A DNA stretch of 64,000 nucleotides from Macrostomum hystrix (taxonomy: Eukaryota > Animalia > Platyhelminthes): positions 19,840,001 through 19,904,000 of the forward strand of contig CATNEN010000039.1 in assembly GCA_950097015.1 (NCBI GenBank), given 5' to 3'. The notes beneath the pieces are model-generated. The model saw only the letters and a program-made list of their open reading frames with translations, was not told the DNA's origin and searched no databases. Below, one piece after another: positions 14,101 to 25,400 of this stretch (position 1 is the stretch's first letter; each line of letters opens with the position of its first letter). The position numbers and the translations under genes were made by a program.

Positions 14101-17100
14101 GGATCTCATTCTGGAAGACACTGGAGTTGACGCCAGTGTATTGGGCGTGGGTTGCAACCAGCTGCCCATTGTGAAAGATGCAGACACCGAAACCGGTGTT
14201 CTTTGACTGTTTGGATCCATCTGTGTAGCAATGAAGTTCACCGCGATTCCAGCTGTCATTGATTTCGTCGCATCGATGACTACGTCGTAGCCTTGTCTCG
14301 CGTTCGGTCTCGAGGCGATGTTATCCGTGAGGTCATTATGGGCATCGCACTTGTTGAGGATTTTGAGGCAAAGATCGCTCTGAGGGATAATTTTCCTCTT
14401 AGCGAATGCTCTCATAAACTTGAACTTGACGCATCAAGTAGACGCCTTTGGCAGCTTCGCCTCTGGTAAAGATGTCCAGAGGCGGAAGATCCAAGAAGGC
14501 CGCCCTACCAGCAAAGGGTGTTGATCTGGTGGCGTTGCAGATCAGTCGACATGCCCTTCCCTGGACCGTGTTGAGCAGATCAGCATGACTCTTGACCTGG
14601 ACCGTGTTGAGCAGATCAGCATGACTCTTGACCTGGGTAGCGCTGACCCAGATCAAGGAGGCGTAGGTGATGGCGGGTCTCACCACAGAGGTGTAGATCC
14701 ACCAAAGACGTTTTGGGCACCAACCCGAGCAGGTTCCCAGGGCACGCCGGAGCTGCGCTAGGATCGCAGAAGCACGTTGTGCTTTAGCCTTCACGTGGAA
14801 AGACCAGTTGAGTCTGTGGTCGAGCATGACCCCAAGACACCTGGTCCTTTGAGCAAAGGTGATGTCCTTGCCATAGAGTTGCAGAGGCTTTATGTACCAC
14901 CGGATCTTACTGGTGAACATAATGGCAACAGTTTTAGGCTCTAAAAGCCTTAAGCCGTTGTCCTCGGCCCAGGTCTCAGCTTTGCGGAGAAACGCTTCCA
15001 TAAGATCCCTGAGATTGCTAGGCGACGGTTCCGCAACAATGGCAGTGACGTCGTCGGCATACCCGATTTTTTGTACGGGGTCAGGTCTTGAACTGCTCAG
15101 GAGAGAGTCGATGACCATGTTCCAGAGGGTGGGAGTAAGGACTCCCCCTTGGGGGCCGCCTTTACAAACCCTGGTAGTGGCAGTCTGCCCAAGCAGATGA
15201 GCAGTAACTGTTCGGTTCGAGATCATGTACATAATCCACCGAATAAGACACGCGTGAGCTTTACGATCCCGGAGGGTCTTCTCAAACGCCTGGAACAGGA
15301 CATTGTCGAAGGCCCCCTCGATGTCGAGAAAAAGAGCAAGGGCATAGCCGTCACCCAGCGCAGCCTTCTCGATGATCTCCACGATCGCATGTAGGGCGCT
15401 CTCAGTCGACCTCCCAGTACGGAAGGCATGCTGATTGTCGCTGAGAGGTGTTGCAGTCAGCTCGCAGGATAGCAGCCGCCAGTGCACCAGCCTCTCCATC
15501 AGCTTGAGCAGGAAGGAAGCTAAGCTGATCGGCCTGAAGGCCTTAACGCTCTGGTAGTCTCCCTTCCCTGGCTTGGGTATGAAGACCACCCGAGCAATCA
15601 TGACCCCAATCGACATCTTATCATGACTCAATCGGCGTATTTAATTATGACCCCATCGACACCTAAGTATGATCTATGACACAATCAAAATTTGCTCGTA
15701 ACCAAGCCGAATTTAATCATGACGCACTGACCGACCCTCATGACCCACCGAAATTATTTATTGACCAGCCTCATTAATTAATGACCCAGTCCGATATCCA
15801 ACAAAAATAATAATCGAATCAATTTTTCGTCTATTTTCGCAGCTCGTCGACCAGCCAGCTGCATTCTGTACAGTCGGGAGCACATGAGCCCACTAGAGCT
15901 CATCGAAGGCATTAAAACCTTCCAGCCGTTGTCCCTGTCCTGGTACACAGCTATGCGTTACGACCTGCCGCCTAGCCGGCACGAGCTTGCCCACCTGGTG
16001 GCGCCGCTAACTCGCACCGGCGCCGGCGCTGGGCCATTGCGCAACGATAACTATTACCTGTGCAGTCCCGAACTGCCGGAGGAGGATCTGGAACCGGACG
16101 AGCCGAAAAAGTTGAAGATGTCCAATGGTAAACCGGCTGCTCCTAGTCAGCCATTTAACCAGATGCAGCATCGGCATCAGCCAATGCAGGTCCAGCATCA
16201 GCACCAGCACCAGCACCAGCATCAGGGCCAGCTTCCTTATCAGATGATGACACCGCATCAACAGCAGCATCATCAGCATCTCCTTCAGCAGCAACAGCAG
16301 CAGCTGCAGCATCAGCACCATGGCCATATTCAGCATCAGCATCCGCATCAGGCGCAGCCACCGCCGCACTCTCATCATCAGCCTCCGCTGCCGCCGCAGC
16401 ATCAGCACCTGCAGCATCAGCATCAGCACTCTCATCCGCACCAGCACCCGCATCAGCCTCCTCCTCCGCCGCCGCCTCCGCCGCCTCCGCCAACAACGGG
16501 TCGAAAGCAGACTGTGAAAAAGAAGGCTTCACTTCAGCAGATTCAACAGCAGCAACAGCAGCAGCAGCAGCAGCCGTCTTCTTCAGCAAGTTACGTCATG
16601 CCTCAACAACAGCCGCCTCCGCCGCCTCATGCACACGCTTATCTTCATCAGTCGCACGGCAGTGTACCCGCAGCTCCGGGTTACCCGCTGCAGCCTCCGC
16701 TGCCGCAGACTCCTGGTTCTTGGAGTAGCGCCACCGCCACAGTTGGTCCCGGCTTCAGTCATCCGCATCACATGCCGCAGCATCAAGCGGCTGGCTTCAG
16801 ACCGCAGCAACCGGGTCTTGGCGTTGTTCCACAACAGACGCAGCAACAGCAGCAGCAGCAGCTAACTCGACCCCGCAGCGTAGGAATGACCGCAGGCGGT
16901 GCCAGCGGTGGCGTCGGTCCAGCGATGATGATGCCAGTTGGCCAGCAGCGAGTCCAGCCCGGACCAATGCCCAACGAAGCATTGCCGCGCTCAATGGTCA
17001 GCCGACAGCCGTCTCAGCAGCAGCAGCAGCAGCAGCAGCAGCCGATGCACCAGCAGGTTGGCGGTATTTACGCTTCCAGACCGTCGGCGGTTCCGATTCC

Positions 17101-17227
17101 TCAAGGAACTTCGGCCAACGCTATGCACCCTCAGCATCAACTCCAGCACCAGCTCCAGCATTCACATTCGCAGCAGCAGCAGCCTCCGCCTCCACCTGAT
17201 TATTCGGTTTACAGCAGTCACCAACAC

Positions 17228-17259
<32 letters not shown>

Positions 17260-17326
17260 GCAGCAGCAGCATAATTCCTACATGTTTACTACTCATCATC
17301 AGGGGTACTACAATGCTCCGAGATAA
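2193..17326 (+). CDS. MED12: Mediator of RNA polymerase II transcription subunit 12, 11 coding exons
   Basis: Exons 2193-2321, 2863-3321, 4067-4744, 5681-6063, 6873-7275, 7816-7982, 8073-8625, 10038-10472, 11149-12126, 12726-13089, 15843-17326; all GT-AG and frame-consistent. MED12 motifs: LKRARFERKPLGPPEVYPQ..EDKL/VNVREGF, LSAKVP..KKE..RAIWYLK, LCQWAV..R.G.HR.VVAAVL, FRNLVALFGELI..IFDHDSY, HIQYLAHFP, ALRLRLSLVG, SPLELIEG, and a Q/H/P-rich tail. Confidence 0.95.
2385..2770. repeat. 23-bp minisatellite, MED12 intron 1
   Basis: Unit CCATCTGACTCTTCCTTTCCCAY. Confidence 0.95.
3370..4010. repeat. Degenerate ~50-bp tandem repeat, MED12 intron 2
   Basis: Recurring GACCTAGT.CTGACCCAGTATGACTCATAGATCTA. 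Confidence 0.85.
4790..5650. repeat. 24-bp minisatellite, MED12 intron 3
   Basis: Unit AGAATCATAGAAGGAATCGTAGCT. Confidence 0.95.
6436..6815. repeat. 22-bp minisatellite, MED12 intron 4
   Basis: Unit GGAGATTTGAGTTTGTGGATTR. Confidence 0.95.
7310..7730. repeat. 28-bp minisatellite, MED12 intron 5
   Basis: Unit TGATCCTCAAGATTCTTCCACTCTTCCC. Confidence 0.95.
8790..9945. repeat. 62-bp tandem repeat, MED12 intron 7
   Basis: Unit GTGACCATGGATGGTTTATGACCGTTTTCTCCAGAATCCTATCCTTATGACAGTCGATTAGA. Confidence 0.95.
10505..11105. repeat. ~35-bp minisatellite, MED12 intron 8
   Basis: Unit TATTTCAGTCTCTAATTAGTCACCTTTCACTCACC. Confidence 0.9.
12145..12640. repeat. 24-bp minisatellite, MED12 intron 9
   Basis: Unit GTAGAATCGAAGCAAGAATCGTAT. 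Confidence 0.9.
13148..15790. repeat. 22-bp minisatellite of MED12 intron 10, split by the LINE (13148-13248 and 15596-~15790)
   Basis: Unit TCATGACCCCATCGACATCTTA on both sides of the insertion. Confidence 0.85.
13249..15595 (-). mobile_element. 5'-truncated non-LTR retrotransposon with RT + RNase H (LOA/R1-like), in MED12 intron 10
   Basis: RT motifs RVVFIPKPGK, FRPISLASFLLK, FLDIEGAFD, PQGGVL, YADD. RNase H motifs HSDSQAAL, WVPGHEG..GNELAD. Frameshifts between 14050 and 14415. Short-repeat 3' tail (TAAGTCAAG-like). Flanked by AATCATGACCCC at 13237-13248 and 15596-15607. Confidence 0.92.
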
Positions 17327-17479
17327 ACAGAGCCATATCAAAGTATTATAGCATTGCCAATGTCAGAATTTTAGTGATTCACGAATTGCTAAAATTTTAT
17401 GTAAAAATTCAAATTTAGCCAAATGACAATAACGCGAGGTTCCTAAAAAATTAATCATAGATTATAAGAAAGCTCCACC

Positions 17480-17760
17480 CATCTAAAAATAGCTCCACGT
17501 TTCCAAAAAAAGCTCGTAAAATCTAAAAATAGCTTTTAGTTTCTAAAAATAGCTCTTTGTTTCTAAAAATAGCTTTTAGTTTCTAAAAATAGCTTTCAGT
17601 TTCTAAAAATAGCTTTTTGTTTTTAAAAGCTAAAGCTAAACAGACTAAAGCTACAAATAGCTTTTAGTTTCTAAAAATAGCTTTTCGTTTAAAAAAATAG
17701 CTTTTAGTTTCTAAAAATAGCTTATAGTTTCTAAAAGTAGCTCGTATAATCTAAAGATAG
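17480..17760. repeat. 20-bp minisatellite downstream of MED12
   Basis: Unit TTCTAAAAATAGCTTTTAGT. Confidence 0.9.
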
Positions 17761-18384
17761 CACTGCGTCTTTTGAATATTTAAGAAATTCTATTTCTACT
17801 GTTTGCATATTTTACACAGATTTTTGCGCAAAAATTATCAAAAGCACCTACTTTTAGTACTTTTTTAAAGGCTATTTGTCTTGTGAACTAGGTACTCTTA
17901 GGCTTTCTGTTAATTTAGGCACATTTATCCTGTTTAATTTATAACCAGTTTGTAAGTCTACTTTTTTGTTAATATATTTCAGTTGTATGTCAGGTTAAAT
18001 TTGTGACTCCAGCATGTATTTTTTGTCCCCTACTTACAGACCACGGGCGAGCCGTGTAGATTCGGAAGTTTAAAATCAACTTTGTTCTTGAATTTTAATA
18101 CAAACTTGACGTTTCGTATAGTACTGTTAATTGTAGTTTTTTGTTTGTATCTGTCATTAATACTTTAAAATGCGCGATTTACGTAAATTAATTAAAACAC
18201 TCTTTTAGTAGCTTAATAGCTTCATTATGATTGGCTCTAAAATTAGTGTCTTTTTAGCGTTTGTTAATTGAACAACACGAGAAAAGTTGCGTTAGGAAGG
18301 AACAAGTTGGGATGATTGCTGTAACGGGATGAGATTCTGCTGTTACATGTGGCTGTTTAGGCAGTGTTTTGATTTGGTTGTTAA

Positions 18385-19480
18385 ATGTTTGGATTAGGCT
18401 GCTACAGGTTGGTATTTGGAAGTAAATATTTAGGATTAGGCTGTTACAGGTTTGGATTAGGCTGTTTGAGGTTGGGATTAGGATGTTTCAGGTTGGGATT
18501 AGGATGTTTCAGGTTGGGATTAGGATGTTTCAGGTTGGGATTAGGATGTTTCAGGTTGGGATTAGGCTGTTTCATGTTGGGATTAGGCTGCTAGAGGTTG
18601 GGATTAGGCTGTTTGAGGTTAGGATTAGGATGTTTCAGGTTGGGATTAGGCTGTTTGAGGTTAGGATTAGGATGTTTCAGGTTGGGATTAGGCTGTTTGA
18701 GGTTAGGATTAGGATGTTTCAGATTGGGATTAGGCTGTTTGAGGTTGGGATTAGGATGTTTCATGTTGGGATTAGGCTGTTTGAGGTTGGGATTAGGATG
18801 TTTCAGGTTGGGATTAGGATGTTTCAGGTTGGGATTAGGATGTTTCAGGTTGGTATTAGGATGTTTCATGTTGGGATTAGGCTGTTTGAGGTTGGGATTA
18901 GGCTGTTTGAGGTTGGGATTAGGCTGTTTGAGGTTGGGATTAGGATGTTTCATGTTGGGATTAGGCTGCTAGAGGTTGGGATTAGGCTGTTTGAGGTTAG
19001 GATTAGGATGTTTCAGGTTGGGCTTAGACTGTTACAGGTTAGGATTAGGATGTTTCAGGTTGGGATTAGGCTGTTTGAGGTTAGGATTAAGATGTTTCAT
19101 GTTGGGATTAGGCTGTTTGAGGTTAGGATTAGGATGTTTCAGATTGGGATTAGGCTGTTTGAGGTTGGGATTAGGATGTTTCATGTTGGGATTAGGCTGT
19201 TTGAGGTTGGGATTAGGCTGTTTGAGGTTGGGATTAGGCTGTTTGAGGTTGGGATTAGGCTGTTTGAGGTTGGGATTAGGATGTTTCATGTTGGGATTAG
19301 GCTGCTAGAGGTTGGGATTAGGCTGTTTGAGGTTAGGATTAGGATGTTTCAGGTTGGGCTTAGACTGTTACAGGTTAGGATTGGGGATGTTACAGGTTGG
19401 TATTAGGATGTTACAAATTGGGATTGGGATGTCACAGGTTGGGGTTAGGATGCTACGGATTGAGATTAGGGTGCGCTACA
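18385..19480. repeat. 21-bp G-rich minisatellite upstream of PRIM1
   Basis: Unit GTTGGGATTAGGMTGTTTSAG. Confidence 0.95.
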
Positions 19481-19631
19481 TGTTGGGATAACGCTTTTAA
19501 AGTTATGATTAGACTGTTACAGGTTAGGATTTCTATAAGAATAGGTAATTTAAATAAAACCACAAATCTTAATTTTATCCCTCATCTATTTAGCTCCCTC
19601 AGACACCAAATCCCAACCAGTCGAACTGACA

Positions 19632-21663
19632 ATGTCTTCGGAGCTTCTGCCAGAGAATTTAGCCACTTATTACAAGCGTCTCTACCCCACCCACCTGATG
19701 GTGCAATGGCTGGCCTACCGGTCGCCATCCTACTTTGCTAATCGTGAATTCTCTATGACACTGCACGACGATATCTATTTGAGATTTCTCAGCTATAACG
19801 ATGAGTCCGAATTTAGGGCGGCCTTGCTAGATAGGCGACCAGAGAAGATTGACATTGGAGCAGTGTACTCATGTAGGCCGCGCGATCGGGCCACAGTTAG
19901 CGGCGGCGGCTTCCAAGCACGCGAGAAGGAGCTAGTTATCGATATTGATCTTACTGATTACGACGGTGTGAGAGTCTGCTGCTCGGAGGCTAAAGTCTGC
20001 TCAAAATGCTGGCTGTTCATGCGCATTGCTGTGCAGGTGAGCTGCCACACTCTACTATATCATCTAATCTCATCGCATGCCATCCCATCTTCCCATCTAA
20101 TCTCATCTCATACCATCCCATCTTCCCATCTATTCCATTTTCCCATCTAATCTCATCTCATACCATCTCATCGCATACCATCCCATCTTCCCATCTAATC
20201 TCATCTCAAACCATCCCATCTAATCTCATCTCAAACCATCCAGGCATCCCATCTAATATAATCTCAAACCATCCCATCTAATCTCATCTCCAACCATCCC
20301 ATCTAATCTCATCTCCAACCATCCCATCTAATCTCATCTCCAACCATCCCATCTAATCTCATCTCCAACCATCCCATCTAATCTCATCTCCAACCATCCC
20401 ATCTAATCTCAACTCAAACCATCCCATCTAATCTCATCTCCAACCATCCCATCTAATCTCAACTCAAACCATCCCATCTAATCTCATCTCAAACCACCCC
20501 AGCTAATCTTAAACCGTCCCATCTAATCTCATCTCATACCGTCCCATTCTATCCCATCCCACCCCATTCCTTATTATCTAATCTCAGCACAAGCCATCCC
20601 ATCTAGTCTCAAAACATCCTTATCATATCTTACTCCTTCCGTTGTCATATTGTATTTTTGTGTCTCATTTTATCTCAACAATCTATCCAGTCCTATCTTA
20701 TCTCTCAGTCTAATGAATATTTCTCTATCTAATATTATATTGCCTAGTGTATTTTCAGTTTTATTATCAAGCAACCACCTTCGCCTTCGTCGCCCACAGG
20801 TGCTAGATCGCGCTCTGCGCAAAGACTTTGGCTTTCGTCACCTACTTTGGGTGTACTCCGGCAGGCGAGGCATTCACTGCTGGGTCTGCGATCGTTCAGC
20901 CCGACAATTGTCTGCCAACGCTCGCAGCTCTGTTATAGAATATTTATCGTTGGTTCGTCGTCCTGGAGACAAGAATTCTCAGCAGCAGCAGCAGCAGCCA
21001 AAGTGTCACCCAAGCGTTACCGCAGCAGCCGACGCTATTCGTCGCCAATTCTCCGAATTAGTTCGTCAACAGAATCTATTCGGCACCGAGGAGCGCTGCC
21101 GCGGCCTCCTAGCTCAACTGCCCGACGATCTTAGGTGCGTAGCCGAATCGGCTGTGACAGCCTGGCTAGCCGATCCCGATTCCTATTCGTCGCTGAAGCG
21201 TTGGAAAACAATTAGCCAGTTTTTGATTAGCCGCGGTAGGCCGGATATTGAACAGCAGCTGCTAATTCACTACGCCTATCCAAGGCTTGACGTTGGTGTC
21301 AGTACAGGCCTAAATCACCTTCTGAAGGCGCCATTCTGCATTCATCCTAAAACTGGTCGAGTCTGCGTCCCATTTGATCCGGACATTGTTGACCAATTTG
21401 AGCCGGATTCGGTGCCAACACTGGCTAAACTGATGGATGAATTAGACAATGCCGCGTCTAGTAATACTGCCGTGGGCCAGCAGCAGCAGGCCAAGCCCCA
21501 TCTAGTAGCTTATAAATCTACTAGTCTTCGTACTGCTGTTGAATTGTTCACCAAATTTGTTGATCACCTGCGAGCCGATGCTGCTCAGTTAGCCGAGGGC
21601 CCGGTGGCGGCTGGGTTGCCGCCTCTGCGAGACTCTAGCAATCACAATGCCGAGATTATGTGA
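19632..21663 (+). CDS. PRIM1: DNA primase small (catalytic) subunit, 2 exons
   Basis: Exons 19632-20036 and 20800-21663. Motifs YYKRLYP, NREFSMTL.DDIYLRF, KIDIGAVY, EKELVIDIDLTDYD, WVYSGRRGIHCWVCD, YPRLD, NHLLKAPFCIHPKTGRVCVP. Confidence 0.96.
20058..20620. repeat. 25-bp minisatellite, PRIM1 intron
   Basis: Unit CCATCCCATCTAATCTCATCTCCAA. Confidence 0.9.
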
Positions 21664-21794
21664 TTAGTCACTGTGCTACTGCTTTAGAACTCTTACTACA
21701 CGTAAATTTTTACGTGATTTTTACACGTAAATTCCATACTATTATTCTAGGTGTAACTATGTATCATTGTGGGTTTCCCTGCTCCTAGTGTATA

Positions 21795-22080
21795 CCTCTA
21801 TCCATCTCTCCCCTCTCCTCTATCCATCTCTCCCCTCTCCTCTATCCATCTCTCCCCTCTCCTCTATCCATCTCTCCCCTCTCCTCTATCCATCTCTCCC
21901 CTCTCCTCTCTCTCTATCTCTCTCCTCTCCTCTATCCATCTCTCCCCTCTCCTCTATTCATCTCTCCCCTCTCCTCTGTCCATCTCTCTCTCCCTTTGTC
22001 TCCCTATCTCTCCCTTCATCTCCCGATCTCTCCCTTCGTCTTCCGATCTCTCCCTTCGTCTCCCGATCTGTCCCTTCATC
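21795..22080. repeat. ~22-bp pyrimidine-rich repeat downstream of PRIM1
   Basis: Unit CTCTCCCCTCTCCTCTATCCAT. Confidence 0.85.
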
Positions 22081-22399
22081 TTTATAACTCTCTCTATATT
22101 GCACGAGTAAATTATATTCTTATGTAAAATTGCAGCATTTCTTTTAATTTCCTATTTATTTTCTTAGTATTTGTCACAGTCTGCATTTGAAAGTTTCGAG
22201 GGAAAAAATTGTGCTTTGAATTTAGAAGTCTAATTAAGTTAAAAGTCTTCGTAAATGTCAAATTTATTGCATTTGTCTCGCGTTTCAATTCTATTATCAA
22301 AATAGCATTCAATATTGGTGCTTTAATTTAATAAACGTTTCAAATAATGTTTAATTATTAATGAAAAAAAGTTAATGATTTATTTTTTATTTTTTTCAC

Positions 22400-22481
22400 T
22401 TTTTTAGATTTCTTTTGTCTTTACTTTCTACTGTAAGTAATCGATCTCATTATATCAGTTCATAATTTAACTTTTTTCCAG
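22400..22481 (+). promoter_or_regulatory. Intergenic cassette: TTTTAG / 25 nt / TCTACT|GTAAGTA / TTCCAG acceptor before WDR36
   Basis: AG at 22406-7, GT at 22433, AG at 22480-1, ATG at 22492. PRIM1 candidate AATAAA at 22330-22335. Confidence 0.55.
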
Positions 22482-22491
22482 CTATTTTAAA

Positions 22492-25400
22492 ATGTCGCAC
22501 GTATTCTCGCCCTATCGATCGGTTGGGGTTGTGTGCGACAGTGTCCCACCAATTGTCCGCTATCATCCAGTTCACAGAGAATTTTACGTGTCTACTGTGG
22601 CTGAAAGGCGCCTGCTAACTTATAAGGTATGAGTGACATGTGTCTACCTGTTATTTGAATATAATACCATTTATAAATTGTTATGCATGATTTCCTAAAC
22701 ATGTTACAGTTGACTATACAACTGTTAGACAGGTTTCCTAACATGTTACAGTTGGCTATCAAACTGTTAGACAGGTTTCCTAAACATGTTACAGTTGACT
22801 ATACAACTGTTAGACAGGTTTCCTAACATGTTACAGTTGGCTATCAAACTGTTAGACAGGTTTCCTAACATGTTACAGTTGGCTATCAAACTGTTAGACA
22901 GGTTTCCTAACATGTTACAGTTGACTATACAACTGTTAGACAGGTTTCCTAACATGTTACAGTTGGCTATCAAACTGTTAGACAGGTTTCCTAACATGTT
23001 ACAGTTGGCTATCAAACTGTTAGACAGGTTTCCTAACATGTTACAGTTGGCTATCAAACTGTTAGACAGGTTTCCTAACATGTTACAGTTGGCTATCAAA
23101 CTGTTAGACAAGTTTCCTAACATGTTACAGTTGACTATACAACTGTTAGACAAGTTTCCTAACATGTTACAGTTGGCTATCAAACTGTTAGACAGGTTTC
23201 CTAACATGTTACAGTTGACTATCAAACTGTTAGACAGGTTTCCTAACATGTTACAGTTGGCTATCAAACTGTTAGACAGGTTTCCTAACATGTTACAGTT
23301 GGCTATCAAACTGTTAGACAGGTTTCCTAACATGTTACAGTTGGCTATCAAACTGTTAGACAGGTTTCCTAACATGTTACAGTTGGCTATCAAACTGTTA
23401 GACAAGTTTCCTAACATGTTACAGTTGACTATACAACTGTTAGACAAGTTTCCTAACATGTTACAGTTGGCTATCAAACTGTTAGACAGGTTTCCTAACA
23501 TGTTACAGTTGACTATCAAACTGTTAGACAGGTTTCCTAACATGTTACAGTTGGCTATCAAACTGTTAGACAGGTTTCCTAACATGTTACAGTTGGCTAT
23601 CAAACTGTTAGACAGGTTTCCTAACATGTTACAGTTGGCTATCAAACTGTTAGACAGGTTTCCTAACATGTTACAGTTGGCTATCAAACTGTTAGACAAG
23701 TTTCCTAACATGTTACAATTGGCTATCAAACTGTTAGACAAGTTTCCTAACATGTTACAGTTCACTATGCAACTGTTAGACAGGTTTCCTAACATGTTAC
23801 AGTTGGCTATCAAACTGTTAGACAGGTTTCCTAACATGTTACAGTTGACTATCAAACTGTTAGACAGGTTTCCTAACATGTTACAGTTGGCTATCAAACT
23901 GTTAGACAGGTTTCCTAACATGTTACAGTTGGCTATCAAACTGTTAGACAAGTTTCCTAACATGTTACAGTTGGCTATCAAACTGTTAGACAGGTTTCCT
24001 AACATGTTACAGTTGGCTATCAAACTGTTAGACAGGTTTCCTAACATGTTACAGTTGGCTATCAAACTGTTAGACAGGTTTCCTAACATGTTACAGTTGA
24101 CTATACAACTGTTAGACAGGTTTCCTAACATGTTACAGTTGACTATACAACTGTTAGACAGGTTTCCTAACATGTTACAGTTGACTATAAAACTGTTAGA
24201 CAGTTTCCTAACATGTTACAGTTGACTATCAAACTGTTAGACAAGTTTCCTAAACATGTTACAATAGCCAACCATGTTTTAAATGCGTTTCCAGATAGTA
24301 ACAATAGCAGGGGATTGTAGCGTAGTGATTAAAGCGTCGGACTCACTTCTTAAAGGTCGAGGGTTCGATTCCTGTTGCAGGTGTCAAACGCCGGCCTAAA
24401 AAGCGTCAGCGATCCGTTTCCCGAAGAGGTGACCTGCCTAACGCAGCACAAGGGTCACGTGATCGCGGGCGGCAGCCTAGGCGGCCTATTTGTAGTGCGA
24501 AATTCTCGAGAAATCGACAGCTATACCGGCGCTGAAGGAGGCGTCGGTTTGCGTTTCCTAGAATGCTTCGGTCATCTGCTAGTTGGCGTGACTGATAATA
24601 ATTGCCTAGTCACTTGGACAATGCTGCCGGATATTGCTATTGGCCAGCAGATTAACGCCATCCAATTAGACTCGGCCTCTTATCCAATCTCTGCATTGTG
24701 TCATCCGTTTCTTTACACAAATAAAATTGTTCTGGGTTCCGCCGGCTCCGGGGCGCATCTTCAACTGTGGAATGTGGTCAAGGCGCGACTAGTGCACGCG
24801 TTTCAGGCCTTGGAATCCGGCGTCACTTGTCTAGTTCAGGCTCCTGCTGAGGATGTTCTAGCTGTCGGACTGGCTAGTGGCCTCGTTATGCTGCAGCATC
24901 TGCGACGGGATGTTACTCTGGCTAGATTGCGGCAAGACTTTGGCCCCGTTGTCGGTTTGACATTTCGCACGGACGGTCAGCCTATAATGCTTAGCGGCTC
25001 CAGACAGGTGCGTGACTCTTTGTTCCAGCTTTTACCTGTTCCACCAAGTCTAAACCCGATAGATGATACCTGTTCCACCAAGTCTAAACCCGATAAATGA
25101 TACCTGTTCCACCAAGTCTAAACCTGATAAATGATACCTGTTCCACCAAGTCTAAACCTGATAAATGATACCTGTTCCACGAAGTCTAAACCTGATAAAT
25201 GATACCTGTTCCACGAAGTCTAAACCTGATAAATGATACCTGTTCCACCAAGTCTAAACCCGATAGATGATACCTGTTCCACGAAGTCTAAACCCGATAG
25301 ATGATACCTGTTCCACCAAGTCTAAACCCGATAAATGATACCTGTTCCACCAAGTCTAAACCTGATAAATGATACCTGTTCCACCAAGTCTAAACCTGAT

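Noticed and set aside
16007-17351. Overlapping ORFs in other frames over the MED12 last exon
   Set aside because: By-products of CAG/CAT/CCG low-complexity coding sequence.
18385-19480. Interstitial telomeric repeat
   Set aside because: TTAGG occurs only as part of a 21-bp unit; there are no (TTAGGG)n runs.
22408-22481. The cassette as a spliced-leader RNA gene
   Set aside because: The putative exon does not end in ATG, the copies differ in sequence, and no SL-type stem-loops are evident.
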